A DNA stretch of 64,000 bases from positions 5,456,001-5,520,000 of the forward strand of contig OZ024741.1 of the NCBI GenBank assembly GCA_964016885.1, in the 5' to 3' direction. The notes beneath the pieces are model-generated. The model was not told the DNA's origin and ran no database searches. It was given only the letters and a program-made list of their open reading frames with translations. The DNA comes from Eledone cirrhosa. Taxonomy: Eukaryota. This document shows, piece after piece, positions 1 to 14,600 of the stretch (the stretch's first letter is position 1; each line of letters starts with the position of its first letter). Both the position numbers and the translations under genes were made by a program.

Positions 1-3000
1 TTCAGGTTATTACAGTGATCCACATGAGGATTTTATTACAGTGGTCCACTTGAGGTAGCTATTACAGTGGTCCACTTGAGGAGGTTATTACAGTGGTCCA
101 CTTTAGGTTATTACAGTGGTCCACCTGAGGTTATTACAGTGGTCCACTTGAGGAGGTTATTACAGTGGTCCACTTCAGGTTATTACAGTGGTGCACTTGA
201 GGAGCCTATTACAGTGGTCCACTTGAGGTTATTAAAGTGGTCCACTTGAGGAGGTTATTACAGTGGTATATTTTAGGTGGCTATTACAGTGGTCCACTTG
301 AGGAGGTTATTACAGTGGTCCACTTGAGGAGGTTATTACAGTGGTCCACTTGAGGAGGTTATTACAGTGGTCCACTTGAGGTTATTACAGTGGTCCACGT
401 GAGGAGGCTATTACAGTGGTCCACTTGAGGTGGCTATTACAGTGGTCCACTTGACGAGGTTATTACGGTGGTCCACTTGAGGAGGCTATTACAGTGGTCC
501 ACTTGAGGAGGCTATTACAGAGGTCCACTTGAGGTGGTTATTACAGTGGTCCACTTGAGGTTATTACAGTGGTCCACTTGAGGAGGTTATTACAGTGGTC
601 CACTTGAGGTTATTACAGTGGTCCACGTGAGGAGGCTATTACAGTGGTCCACTTGAGGAGGCTATTACAGTGGTCCACTTCAGGTTATTACAGTGGTGCA
701 CTTGAGGAGCCTATTACAGTGGTCCACTTGAGGTTATTAAAGTGGTCCACTTGAGGATGTTATTACAGTGGTACAGCTTAGGTGGCTATTACAGTGGTCC
801 ACTTGAGGAGGTTATTACAGTGGTCCACTTGAGGAGGTTATTACAGTGGTCCACTTGAGGAGGTTATTACAGTGGTCCACTTGAGGTTATTACAGTGGTC
901 CACGTGAGGAGGCTATTACAGTGGTCCACTTGAGGTGGCTATTACAGTGGTCCACTTGACGAGGTTATTACGGTGGTCCACTTGAGGAGGCTATTACAGT
1001 GGTCAACTTGAGGTGGCTATTACAGTGGTCCACTTGAGGTTATTACAGTGGTCCACTTGAGGAGGTTATTACAGTGGTTCACTTGAGGTTATTACAGTGG
1101 TCCACGTGAGGAGGCTATTACAGTGGTCCACTTGAGGAGGCTATTACAGTGGTCCACTTGAGGAGGCTATTACAGTGGTCCACTTGAGGTTATTACAGTT
1201 GTCCACTTGAGGAAGCTATTACAGTGGTCCACTTGAGGTTATTACAGTGGTCCACTTGAGGAAGCTATTACAGTGGTCCACTTGAGGTTATTACAGTGGT
1301 CCACTTGAGGAGGCTATTACAGTGGTCCACTTGAGGTTATTACAGTGGTCCACTTGAGGAGGTTATTACAGTGGTCCACTTGAGGAGGCTATTACAGTGG
1401 TCCACTTGAGGTTATTACAGTGGTCCACTTGAGGAGGTTATTACAGTGGTCCACTTGAGGAGGTTATTACAGTGGTCCACTTGAGGTTAATACAGAGGTC
1501 CACTTGAGGAGGTTATTACAGTGGTCCACTTGAGGTTATTACAGTGGTCCATTTGAGGAGGTTATTACAGTGGTCCACTTGAGGAGGTTATTACAGTGGT
1601 CCACTTGAGGTTATTACAGTGGTCCACTTCAGGAGGCTATTACAGTGGTCCACTTGAAGAGGCTATTACAGTGGTCCACTTGAGAAGGTTATTACAGTGG
1701 TCCTCTTGAGGTTATTACAGTGGTCCACTTGAGGAGGCTATTAGAGTGGTCCACTTGAGGAGGTTATTACAGTGGTCCACTTGAGAAGGTTATTACAGTG
1801 GTTCACTTGAGGTTATTACAGTGGTCAACTTGAGGAGGCTATTACAGTGGTCCACTTGAGGTGGTTATTACAGCGGTCCACTTGAGGTTATTACAGTGGT
1901 CCACTTGAGGCTATTACAGTGGTCCACTTGCGGAGGCTATTACAGAGGTCCACTTGAGGAGGTTATTATAGGGGTCCACTTGAGGTGGTTATTACAGTGG
2001 TCCACTTGAGAAGGTTATTACGGTGGTCCAGTTTAGGTTATTACAGTGGTCCACTTGTGGAGGTTATTACAGTGGTCAACTTGAGGTTATTACAGTGGTC
2101 CACTTGAGGAGGTTATTACAGTGGTCCACTTCAAGAGGTTATTACAGTGGTCCACTTGAGGTTATTACAGTGGTCCACTTGAGGAGGTTATTACAGTGGT
2201 CCACTTCAGGTTATTACAGTGGTCCACTTGAGGTGGCTATTACAGTGGTCCACTTGAGGAGGCTATTACAGTGGTCCACTTGAGGAGGTTATTACAGTGG
2301 TCCACTTGAGGAGGTTATTACAGTGGTCCACTTGAGGTGGCTATTACAGTGGTTCACTTGAGGTTATTACAGTGGTCCAATTGAGGAGGTTATTACAGTG
2401 GTCCACTTGAGGTTATTACAGTGGTCCAATTGAGGAGGTTATTACAGTGGTCCACTTGAGGAGGTTATTACAGTGGTCCACTTGAGGTTATTACAGTGTT
2501 CCACTTGAGGTGGTTACTACAGTGGTCCACTTGAGGAGGTTATTACAGTGGTCCACTTGAGGTTATTACAGTGGTCCACTTGAGGACGCTATTACAGTGG
2601 TCCACTTAAGGTTATTACAGTGGTCCACTTGAGGAGGTTATTACAGTGGTCCACTTGAGGCTATTACAGTGGTCCACTTGAGGAGGCCATTACAGTGGTC
2701 CACTTGAGGTTATTACAGTGGTCCACTTGAGGAGGCTATTACAGCGGTCCACTTGAGGTTATTACAGTGGTCCACTTGAGGTTATTACAGTGGTCCACTT
2801 GAGGAGGCTATTACAGTGGTCCACTTGAGAAGGTTATTACAGTGGCCCACTTGAGGTTATAACAGTGGTCCACTTGAGGATGTTTTTAGAGTTGTCCACT
2901 TGAGGAGGTTATTACAGTGGTCCAATTGAGAAGGGTATTACAGTGGTCCACTTGAGGAGGCTATTACAGTGGTCCACTTGAGAAGGTCATTACAGTGGCC

Positions 3001-5360
3001 CACTTGAGGTTATTACAGTGGTCCACTTGAGGATGTTTTTAGAGTTGTCCACTTGTAGGGGTTATTACAGTGGTGCACATCAGGTTATTACAGTGGTCCA
3101 CATGAGGTGGCTATTACAGTGGTCCACTTGAGGAGGTTATTACAGTGGTCCACTTCAGGTTATTACAGTGGTCCACTTGAGGTTATTACAGTGGTCCACT
3201 TGAGAAGGTTATTACAGTGGTCCACTTGAGGAGGTTATTACAATGGTCCACTTGGGGAGGTTATTACAGTGGTCCACATGAGGTGGCTATTACAGTGGTC
3301 CACTTGAGGAGGTTATTACAGTGGTCCACTTGAGGTTATTACAGTGGTCCACTTGAGGTTATTACAGTGGTCCACTTGAGAAGGTTATTACAGTGGTCCA
3401 CTTGAGGAGGTCATTACAGTGGTCCACTTGAGGTGGTTATTACAGCGGTCCAATTGAGGTTATTAAAGTAGTCCAATTGAGGTTATTACAGTGGTCCACT
3501 TGAGGTTATTCCAGTGGTCCACTTGAGGAGGTTATTACAGTGGTCCACTTGAGGTTATTACAGTGGTCCACTTGAGGTTATTACAGTGGTCCACTTGTAG
3601 GGGTTATTACAGTGGTGCACATCAGGTTATTACAGTGGTCCACATGAGGTGGCTATTACAGTGGTCCACTTGAGGAGGTTATTACAGTGGTCCACTTGAG
3701 GTTATTACAGTGGTCCACTTGAGGTTATTACAGTGGTCCACTTGAGAAGGTTATTACAGTGGTCCACTTGAGGAGGTTATTACAATGGTCCACTTGGGGA
3801 GGTTATTACAGTGGTCCTCTTGAGGAGGCTATTACAGTGGTCCACTTGATGTTATTACAGTCGTCCACTTGAGGAGGTTATTACAGTGGTCCACTTGAGG
3901 AGGCTATTACAGTGGTCCACTTGAGGTTATTACAGTGGTCCACTTGAGGAGGTTATTACAGTGGTCCACTTGAGGAGGTTATTACAGTGGTCCACTTGAG
4001 GTTAATACAGAGGTCCACTTGAGGAGGTTATTACAGTGGTCCACTTGAGGTTATTACAGTGGTCCATTTGAGGAGGTTATTACAGTGGTCCACTTGAGGA
4101 GGTTATTACAGTGGTCCACTTGAGGTTATTACAGTGGTCCACTTGTAGAGGTTATTACAGTGGTGCACTTCAGGTTATTACAGTGATCCACATGAGGATT
4201 TTATTACAGTGGTCCACTTGAGGTAGCTATTACAGTGGTCCACTTGAGGAGGTTATTACAGTGGTCCACTTTAGGTTATTACAGTGGTCCACCTGAGGTT
4301 ATTACAGTGGTCCACTTGAGGAGGTTATTACAGTGGTCCACTTCAGGTTATTACAGTGGTGCACTTGAGGAGCCTATTACAGTGGTCCACTTGAGGTTAT
4401 TAAAGTGGTCCACTTGAGGAGGTTATTACAGTGGTATATTTTAGGTGGCTATTACAGTGGTCCACTTGAGGAGGTTATTACAGTGGTCCACTTGAGGAGG
4501 TTATTACAGTGGTCCACTTGAGGAGGTTATTACAGTGGTCCACGTGAGGAGGCTATTACAGTGGTCCACTTGAGGTGGCTATTACAGTGGTCCACTTGAC
4601 GAGGTTATTACGGTGGTCCACTTGAGGAGGCTATTACAGTGGTCCACTTGAGGAGGCTATTACAGAGGTCCACTTGAGGTGGTTATTACAGTGGTCCACT
4701 TGAGGTTATTACAGTGGTCCACTTGAGGAGGTTATTACAGTGGTCCACTTGAGGTTATTACAGTGGTCCACGTGAGGAGGCTATTACAGTGGTCCACTTG
4801 AGGAGGCTATTACAGTGGTCCACTTCAGGTTATTACAGTGGTGCACTTGAGGAGCCTATTACAGTGGTCCACTTGAGGTTATTAAAGTGGTCCACTTGAG
4901 GATGTTATTACAGTGGTACAGTTTAGGTGGCTATTACAGTGGTCCACTTGAGGAGGTTATTACAGTGGTCCACTTGAGGAGGTTATTACAGTGGTCCACT
5001 TGAGGAGGTTATTACAGTGGTCCACTTGAGGTTATTACAGTGGTCCACGTGAGGAGGCTATTACAGTGGTCCACTTGAGGTGGCTATTACAGTGGTCCAC
5101 TTGTCGAGGTTATTACGGTGGTCCACTTGAGGAGGCTATTACAGTGGTCAACTTGAGGAGGCTATTACAGAGGTCCACTTGAGGTGGCTATTACAGTGGT
5201 CCACTTGAGGTTATTACAGTGGTCCACTTGAGGAGGTTATTACAGTGGTTCACTTGAGGTTATTACAGTGGTCCACGTGAGGAGGCTATTACAGTGGTCC
5301 ACTTGAGGAGGCTATTACAGTGGTCCACTTGAGGAGGCTATTACAGTGGTCCACTTGAGG
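1..5360 (+). repeat. Block 1-~1170 repeated at 4169-~5360 (offset 4,168 bp), each containing an internal ~0.5-kb duplication
   Basis: Shared rare variants GTGATCCACATG and GGTATATTTTAGG; ORF block 67/4235. The internal repeat CAGG..GGTGCAC is at 176/681 (+505) and 4344/4826 (+482); GACGAGG at 453/958. Confidence 0.85.
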
Positions 5361-8300
5361 TTATTACAGTGGTCCACTTGAGGAGGCTATTACAGAGGTC
5401 CACTTGAGGTTAATACAGTGGTCCACTTGAGGTTATTACAGTGGTCTTCTTGATGTTATTACAGTGGTCCACTTGAAGTTATTACAGTGGTCCACTTGAG
5501 GAGGCTATTACAGAGGTCCACTTGAGATTATTACAGTGGTCCAATTGAGGAGGTTATTACAGTGGTCCACTTAAGGAGGTTATTACAGTGGTCCACTTGA
5601 GGAGACTATTACAGTGGTCCACTTGAGGAGGTTATTACAGTGGTCCACTTGAGGAGGTTATTACAGTGGTCCACTTGAGGTTATTACAGTGGTCCAATTG
5701 AGGAGGTTATTACAGTGGTCCACTTGAGGAGGTTATTACAGTGGTCCACTTGAGGTTATTACAGTGGTCCACTTGAGGTTATTACAGTTGTCCACTTGAG
5801 GAGGCTATTACAGTGGTCCACTTGATGTTATTACAGTGGTCCACTTGTGGAGGTTATTACAGTGGTCCACTTGAGGTTATTACAGTGGTCGACTTGAGGT
5901 TATTACAGTGGTCCACTTGAGGGGGCTATTACAGTGGTCCACTTGAGAAGGTTATTACAGTGGTCCACTTGAGGTTATTACAGTGGTCCACTTGAGGAGT
6001 TTATTACAGTGGTCCACTTGAGGGGTTATTACAGTGGTCCACTTGAGAAGGTTATTACAGTGGTCCACTTGAGGAGGTTATTACAGTGGTCCACTTGATG
6101 TTATTACAGTGGTCCACTTGAGGGGGTTATTACAGTGGTCCACTTGAGGTTATTACAGTGGTCCACTTGAGGAGGTTATTACAGTGGTCCAATTGAGGAG
6201 GTTATTACAGTGGTCCACTTGAGGTTATTACAGTGGACCAATTGAGGAGGTTATTACAGTGGTCCGCCTGAGGAGGTTATTACAGTGGTCCACTTGAGGT
6301 TATTACAGTGGTCCATTTGAGGAGGTTATTACAGTGGTCCACTTGAGGTTATTACAGTGGTCCACTTGAGGAGGTTATTAGAGTGGTCCGTTTGAGGAGG
6401 TCATTACAGTGGTCCACTTGAGGTTATTACAGTGGTCCACTTGAGGAGGTTATTACAGCGGTCCAATTGAGGAGGTTATTACAGTGGTCCACTTGAGGAG
6501 GTTATTACAGTGGTCCACTTGAGGAAGTTATTGCAGTGGTCCAATTGAGGAGTTTATTACAGTGGTCCACTTGAGGAGGTTATTACAGTGGTCCAGTTGA
6601 GGTTATTACAGTGGTACACTAGAGGAGGTTATTACAGTGGTCCACTTGAGGTTATTACAGTGGTCCACTTGAGGAGGTTATTACAGTGGTCCACTTGAGG
6701 TTATTACAGTGGTCCACTTGAGGAGGCTATTACAGTGGTCCACTTGAGGTTATTACAGTGGTCCACTTGAGGAGGTTATTACAGTGGTCCACTTGAGGTT
6801 ATTACAGTGGTCCACTTGAGGAGGTTATTACAGTGGTCCAATTGAGGAGGTTATTACAGTGGTCCACTTGAGGTTATTACAGTGGGCCACTAGAGGAGGT
6901 TATTACAGTGGTCCACTTGAGGTTATTACAGTGGTCCACTTGAGGAGGCTATTACAGTGGTCCACTTGAGGAGGTTATTACAGTGGTCCACTTGAGGAGG
7001 TTATTACAGTAGTCCACTTGAGGTGGTTATTACAGTGGTCCACTTGAGGAGGTTATTACAGTGGTCCACTTGAGGTTATTACAGTGGTCAACTTGAGGAG
7101 GTTATTACAGTGGTCAACTTGAGGTTATTACAGTGGTCCACTTGAGGAGGTTATTACAATGGTCCACTTGAGGAGGTACTTACAGTGGTCCACTTGAGGA
7201 GGTTATTACAGTGATCCACTTGAGGTTCTTACAGTGGTCCACTTGAGGAGGCTATTACAGTGGTCAACTTGAGGTTATTACAGTGGTCCACTTGAGGAGG
7301 CTATTACAGTGGTCCACTTGAGGTTATTACAGTGGTGCACTTGAGGAGGTTATTAGAGTGGTCCACTTGAGGTTATTACTGTGGTCCACTTGAGGAGGCT
7401 ATTACAGTGGTCCACTTGAGGTTATTACAGTGGTCCACTTGAAGAGGCTATTACAGTGGTCCACTTGAGAAGGTTATTACAGTGGTCCTCTTGAGGTTAT
7501 TACAGTGGTCCACTTGAGGAGGCTATTAGAGTGGTCCACTTGAGGAGGTTATTACAGTGGTCCACTTGAGAAGGTTATTACAGTGGTCCACTTGAGGTTA
7601 TTACAGTGGTCCACTTGCGGAGGTTATTACAGTGGTCCACTTGGGGAGGTTATTATAGGGGTCCACTTGAGGTGGTTATTACAGTGGTCCACTTGAGAAG
7701 GTTATTACGGTGGTCCAGTTTAGTTTATTACAGTGGTCCACTTGTGGAGGTTATTACAGTGGTCCACTTGAGGTTATTACAGTGGTCCACTTGAGGAGGT
7801 TATTACAGTGGTCCACTTGAGGAGGTTATTACAGTGGTCCACTTGAGGTTATTACAGTGGTCCACTTGAGGAGGTTATTACAGTGGTCCACTTCAGGTTA
7901 TTACAGTGGTCCACTTGTGGAGGTTATTACAGTGGTCCACTTGAGGAGGTTATTACAGTGGTCCACTTGAGGAGGTTATTACAGAGGTCCACTTGAGGTT
8001 ATTACAGTGGTCCACTTGAGGAGGTTATTACAGTGGTCCACTTGAGGTTATTACAGTGGTCCACTTGTGGAGGTTATTACAATGGTCCACTTGAGGAGGT
8101 TATTACAGTGGTCCACTTGAGGTTATTACAGTGGTCCACTTGAGGAGGTTATTACAGTGGTCCACTTGAGGTTATTACAGTGGTCCACTTGAGGATTTTA
8201 TTACAGTGGTCCACTTGAGGTTATTACAATGGTCCACATGAGGATTTTATTACAGTGTTCCACTTGAGGAGGTTATTACAGTGGTCCACTTGAGGAGGTT

Positions 8301-8639
8301 ATTACAGTGGTCCACTTGAGATTATTACAGTGGTCCACTTGAGGTTATTACAGTGGTCCACTTGAGGTGGCTATTAAAGTGGTCCACTTGTGGACGTTAT
8401 TACAGTGGTCCACTTGAGGTTATTACAGTGGTCCACTTGAGGTGGCTATTACAGTGGTCCACTTGAGGAGGCTATTACAGTGGTCCACTTGAGGAGGTTA
8501 TTACAGTGGTCCACTTGAGGAGGTTATTACAGTGGTCCACTTGAGGTGGCTATTACAGTGGTTCACTTGAGGTTATTACAGTGGTCCAATTGAGGAGGTT
8601 ATTACAGTGGTCCACCTGAGGTTATTACAGTGGTCCAAT

Positions 8640-11600
8640 TGAGGAGGTTATTACAGTGGTCCACTTGAGGAGGTTATTACAGTGGTCCACTTGAGGTTAT
8701 TACAGTGTTCCACTTGAGGTGGTTACTACAGTGGTCCACTTGAGGAGGTTATTACAGTGGTCCACTTGAGGTTATTACAGTGGTCCACTTGAGGAGGCTA
8801 TTACAGTGGTCCACTTAAGGTTATTACAGTGGTCCACTTGAGGAGGTTATTACAGTGGCCCAGTTGAGGAGGTTATTACAGTGGTCCACTTGAGGCTATT
8901 ACAGTGGTCCACTTGAGGAGGCCATTACAGTGGTCCACTTGAGGTTATTACAGTCGTCCACTTGAGGAGGCTATTACAGCGGTCCACTTGAGGTTATTAC
9001 AGTGGTCAACTTGAGGAGGTTATTACAGTGGTCCACTTGAGGTTATTACAGTGGTCCACTTGAGAAGGTTATTACAGTGGCCCACTTGAGGTTATTAAAG
9101 TGGTCCACTTAAGGATGTTTTTAGAGTTGTCCACTTGAGGAGGTTATTACAGTGGTCCAATTGAGAAGGGTATTACAGTGGTTCACTTGAGGAGGCTATT
9201 ACAGTGGTCCACTTGAGAAGGTCATTACAGTGGCCCACTTGAGGTTATTACAGTGGTACACTTGAGGATGTTTTTAGAGTTGTCCACTTGAGGAGGTTAT
9301 TACAGTGGTCCAATTGAGAAGGTTATTACAGTGGTCCACTTGAGGTCATTACAGTGGTCCACTTGAGGTGGTTATTACAGCGGTCCACTTGAGGTTATTA
9401 AAGTAGTCCAATTGAGGTTATTACAGTGGTCCACTTGAGGTTATTCCAGTGGTCCACTTGAGGAGGTTATTACAGTGGTCCACTTGAGGTTATTACAGTG
9501 GTCCACTTGAGGTTATTACAGTGGTCCACTTGTAGGGGTTATTACAGTGGTGCACTTCAGGTTATTACAGTGGTCCACATGAGGATTTTATTACAGTGGT
9601 CCACTTGAGGTGGCTATTACAGTGGTCCACTTGAGGAGGTTATTACAGTGGTCCACTTGAGGTTATTACAGTGGTCCACTTGAGGTTATTACAGTGGTCC
9701 ACTTGAGAAGGTTATTACAGTGGTCCACTTGAGGAGGTTATTACAATGGTCCACTTGGGGAGGTTATTACAGTGGTCCTCTTGAGGAGGCTATTACAGTG
9801 GTCCACTTGAGGTTATTACAGTCGTCCACTTGAGGAGGTTATTACAGTGGTCCACTTGAGGAGGCTATTACAGTGGTCCACTTGAGGTTATTACAGTGGT
9901 CCACTTGAGGAGGTTATTACAGTGGTCCACTTGAGGAGGTTATTACAGTGGTCCACTTGAGGTTAATACAGAGGTCCACTTGAGGAGGTTATTACAGTGG
10001 TCCACTTGAGGTTATTACAGTGGTCCATTTGAGGAGGTTATTACAGTGGTCCACTTGAGGAGGTTATTACAGTGGTCCACTTGAGGTTATTACAGTGGTC
10101 CACTTGTAGAGGTTATTACAGTGGTGCACTTCAGGTTATTACAGTGGTCCACATGAGGATTTTATTACAGTGGTCCACTTGAGGTAGCTATTACAGTGGT
10201 CCACTTGAGGAGGTTATTACAGTGGTCCACTTTAGGTTATTACAGTGGTCCACCTGAGTTTATTACAGTGGTCCACTTGAGGAGGTTATTACAGTGGTCC
10301 ACTTCAGGTTATTACAGTGGTGCACTTGAGGAGCCTATTACAGTGGTCCACTTGAGGTTATTAAAGTGGTCCACTTGAGGAGGTTATTACAGTGGTACAT
10401 TTTAGGTGGCTATTACAGTGGTCCACTTGAGGAGGTTATTACAGTGGTCCACTTGAGGAGGTTATTACAGTGGTCCACTTGAGGAGGTTATTACAGTGGT
10501 CCACTTGAGGTTATTACAGTGGTCCACGTGAGGAGGCTATTACAGTGGTCCACTTGAGGTGGCTATTACAGTGGTCCACTTGACGAGGTTATTACGGTGG
10601 TCCACTTGAGGAGGCTATTACAGTGGTCCACTTGAGGAGGCTATTACAGAGGTCCACTTGAGGTGGCTATTACAGTGGTCCACTTGAGGTTATTACAGTG
10701 GTCCACTTGAGGAGGTTATTACAGTGGTCCACTTGAGGTTATTACAGTGGTCCACGTGAGGAGGCTATTACAGTGGTCCACTTGAGGAGGCTATTACAGT
10801 GGTCCACTTGAGGAGGCTATTACAGTGGTCCACTTGAGGTTATTACAGTGGTCCACTTGAGTAGGCTATTACAGAGGTCCACTTGAGGTTATTACAGTGG
10901 TCCACTTGAGGTTATTACAGTGGTTTTCTTGATGTTATTACAGTGGTCCACTTGAAGTTATTACAGTGGTCCACTTGAGGAGGCTATTACAGAGGTCCAC
11001 TTGAGATTATTACAGTGGTCCACTTGAGGAGGTTATTACAGTGGTCCACTTAATGAGGTTATTACAGTGGTCCACTTGAGGAGACTATTACAGTGGTTCA
11101 CTTGAGGAGGTTATTACAGTGGTCCACTTGAGGAGGTTATTACAGTGGTCCACTTGAGGTTATTACAGTGGTCCAATTGAGGAGGTTATTACAGTGGTCC
11201 ACTTGAGGAGGCTATTACAGTGGTCCACTTGAGGAGGTTATTACAGTGGTCCACTTGAGCTCATTACAGTGGTCCACTTGAGGAGGTTATTACAGTGGTC
11301 CACTTGTGGTTATTACAGTGGTCCACTTGAGGAGGCTATTACAGTGGTCCATTTGAGGTTATTACAGTGGTCCACTTGAGGAGGTTATTACAGTGGTCCA
11401 CTTGAGGTTATTACAGTTGTCCACTTGAGGTTATTACAGTTGTCCACTTGAGGTTATTACAGTGGTCCACTTGAGGAGGCTATTACAGTGGTCCACTTGA
11501 GGTTATTACAGTGATCCACTTGAGGAGGTTATTACAGTGGTCCACTTGAGGTTTTTACAGTGGTCCACTTGAGGTTATTACAGTGGTCCACTTGAGGAGG

Positions 11601-14600
11601 CTATTACAGTGGTCCACTTGAGGTTATTACAGTTGTCCACTTGAGGAAGCTATTACAGTGGTCCACTTGAGGTTATTACAGTGGTCCACTTGAGGAGGCT
11701 ATTACAGTGGTCCACTTGAGGTTATTACAGTGGTCCACTTGAGGAGGCTATTACAGTTGTCCACTTGATGTTATTACAGTGGTCCACTTGTGGAGGTTAT
11801 TACAGTGGTCCACTTGAGGTTATTACAGTGGTCGACTTGAGCTTATTACAGTGGTCCACTTGAGGGGGCTATTACAGTGGTCCACTTGAGAAGGTTATTA
11901 CAGTGGTCCACTTGAGGTTATTACAGTGGTCCACTTGAGGAGTTTATTACAGTGGTCCACTTGAGGGGTTATTACAGTTGTCCACTTGAGAAGGTTATTA
12001 CAGTGGTCCACTTGAGGAGGTTATTACAGTGGTCCACTTGATGTTATTACAGTGGTCCACTTGAGGAGGCTATTACAGTGGTCCACTTGAGGAGGTTATT
12101 ACAGTGGCCCACTTGAGGTTATTAAAGTGGTCCACTTGAGGATGTTTTTAGAGTTGTCCACTTGAGGAGGTTATTACAGTGGTCCAATTGAGAAGGGTAT
12201 TACAGTGGTTCACTTGAGGAGGCTATTACAGTGGTCCACTTGAGAAGGTCATTACAGTGGCCCACTTGAGGTTATTACAGTGGTACACTTGAGGATGTTT
12301 TTAGAGTTGTCCACTTGAGGAGGTTATTACAGTGGTCCAATTGAGAAGGTTATTACAGTGGTCCACTTGAGGTCATTACAGTGGTCCACTTGAGGTGGTT
12401 ATTACAGCGGTCCACTTGAGGTTATTAAAGTAGTCCAATTGAGGTTATTACAGTGGTCCACTTGAGGTTATTCCAGTGGTCCACTTGAGGAGGTTATTAC
12501 AGTGGTCCACTTGAGGTTATTACAGTGGTCCACTTGAGGTTATTACAGTGGTCCACTTGTAGGGGTTATTACAGTGGTGCACTTCAGGTTATTACAGTGG
12601 TCCACATGAGGATTTTATTACAGTGGTCCACTTGAGGTTGCTATTACAGTGGTCCACTTGAGGAGGTTATTACAGTGGTCCACTTGAGGTTATTACAGTG
12701 GTCCACTTGAGGTTATTACAGTGGTCCACTTGAGAAGGTTATTACAGTGGTCCACTTGAGGAGGTTATTACAATGGTCCACTTGGGGAGGTTATTACAGT
12801 GGTCCTCTTGAGGAGGCTATTACAGTGGTCCACTTGAGGTTATTACAGTCGTCCACTTGAGGAGGTTATTACAGTGGTCCACTTGAGGAGGCTATTACAG
12901 TGGTCCACTTGAGGTTATTACAGTGGTCCACTTGAGGAGGTTATTACAGTGGTCCACTTGAGGAGGTTATTACAGTGGTCCACTTGAGGTTAATACAGAG
13001 GTCCACTTGAGGAGGTTATTACAGTGGTCCACTTGAGGTTATTACAGTGGTCCATTTGAGGAGGTTATTACAGTGGTCCACTTGAGGAGGTTATTACAGT
13101 GGTCCACTTGAGGTTATTACAGTGGTCCACTTGTAGAGGTTATTACAGTGGTGCACTTCAGGTTATTACAGTGGTCCACATGAGGATTTTATTACAGTGG
13201 TCCACTTGAGGTAGCTATTACAGTGGTCCACTTGAGGAGGTTATTACAGTGGTCCACTTGAGGTTATTACAGTGGTCCACCTGAGTTTATTACAGTGGTC
13301 CACTTGAGGAGGTTATTACAGTGGTCCACTTCAGGTTATTACAGTGGTGCACTTGAGGAGCCTATTACAGTGGTCCACTTGAGGTTATTAAAGTGGTCCA
13401 CTTGAGGAGGTTATTACAGTGGTACATTTTAGGTGGCTATTACAGTGGTCCACTTGAGGAGGTTATTACAGTGGTCCACTTGAGGAGGTTATTACAGTGG
13501 TCCACTTGAGGAGGTTATTACAGTGGTCCACTTGAGGTTATTACAGTGGTCCACGTGAGGAGGCTATTACAGTGGTCCACTTGAGGTGGCTATTACAGTG
13601 GTCCACTTGACGAGGTTATTACGGTGGTCCACTTGAGGAGGCTATTACAGTGGTCCACTTGAGGAGGCTATTACAGAGGTCCACTTGAGGTGGCTATTAC
13701 AGTGGTCCACTTGAGGTTATTACAGTGGTCCACTTGAGGAGGTTATTACAGTGGTCCACTTGAGGTTATTACAGTGGTCCACGTGAGGAGGCTATTACAG
13801 TGGTCCACTTGAGGAGGCTATTACAGTGGTCCACTTGAGGAGGCTATTACAGTGGTCCACTTGAGGTTATTACAGTGGTCCACTTGAGTAGGCTATTACA
13901 GAGGTCCACTTGAGGTTATTACAGTGGTCCACTTGAGGTTATTACAGTGGTTTTCTTGATGTTATTACAGTGGTCCACTTGAGGAGGCTATTACAGAGGT
14001 CCACTTGAGATTATTACAGTGGTCCACTTGAGGAGGTTATTACAGTGGTCCACTTAATGAGGTTATTACAGTGGTCCACTTGAGGAGACTATTACAGTGG
14101 TTCACTTGAGGAGGTTATTACAGTGGTCCACTTGAGGAGGTTATTACAGTGGTCCACTTGAGGTTATTACAGTGGTCCAATTGAGGAGGTTATTACAGTG
14201 GTCCACTTGAGGAGGCTATTACAGTGGTCCACTTGAGGAGGTTATTACAGTGGTCCACTTGAGCTCATTACAGTGGTCCACTTGAGGAGGTTATTACAGT
14301 GGTCCACTTGAGGAGGTTATTACAGTGGTCCACTTGTGGTTATTACAGTGGTCCACTTGAGGAGGCTATTACAGTGGTCCATTTGAGGTTATTACAGTGG
14401 TCCACTTGAGGAGGTTATTACAGTGGTCCACTTGAGGTTATTACAGTTGTCCACTTGAGGTTATTACAGTTGTCCACTTGAGGTTATTACAGTGGTCCAC
14501 TTGAGGAGGCTATTACAGTGGTCCACTTGAGGTTATTACAGTGATCCACTTGAGGAGGTTATTACAGTGGTCCACTTGAGGTTTTTACAGTGGTCCACTT

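Noticed and set aside
394-402. CACGTG variants as CDEI or Myc-type regulatory elements
   Set aside because: These are single T>G variants of the CACTTG consensus propagated by block duplication, with no CDEII/CDEIII or promoter context.
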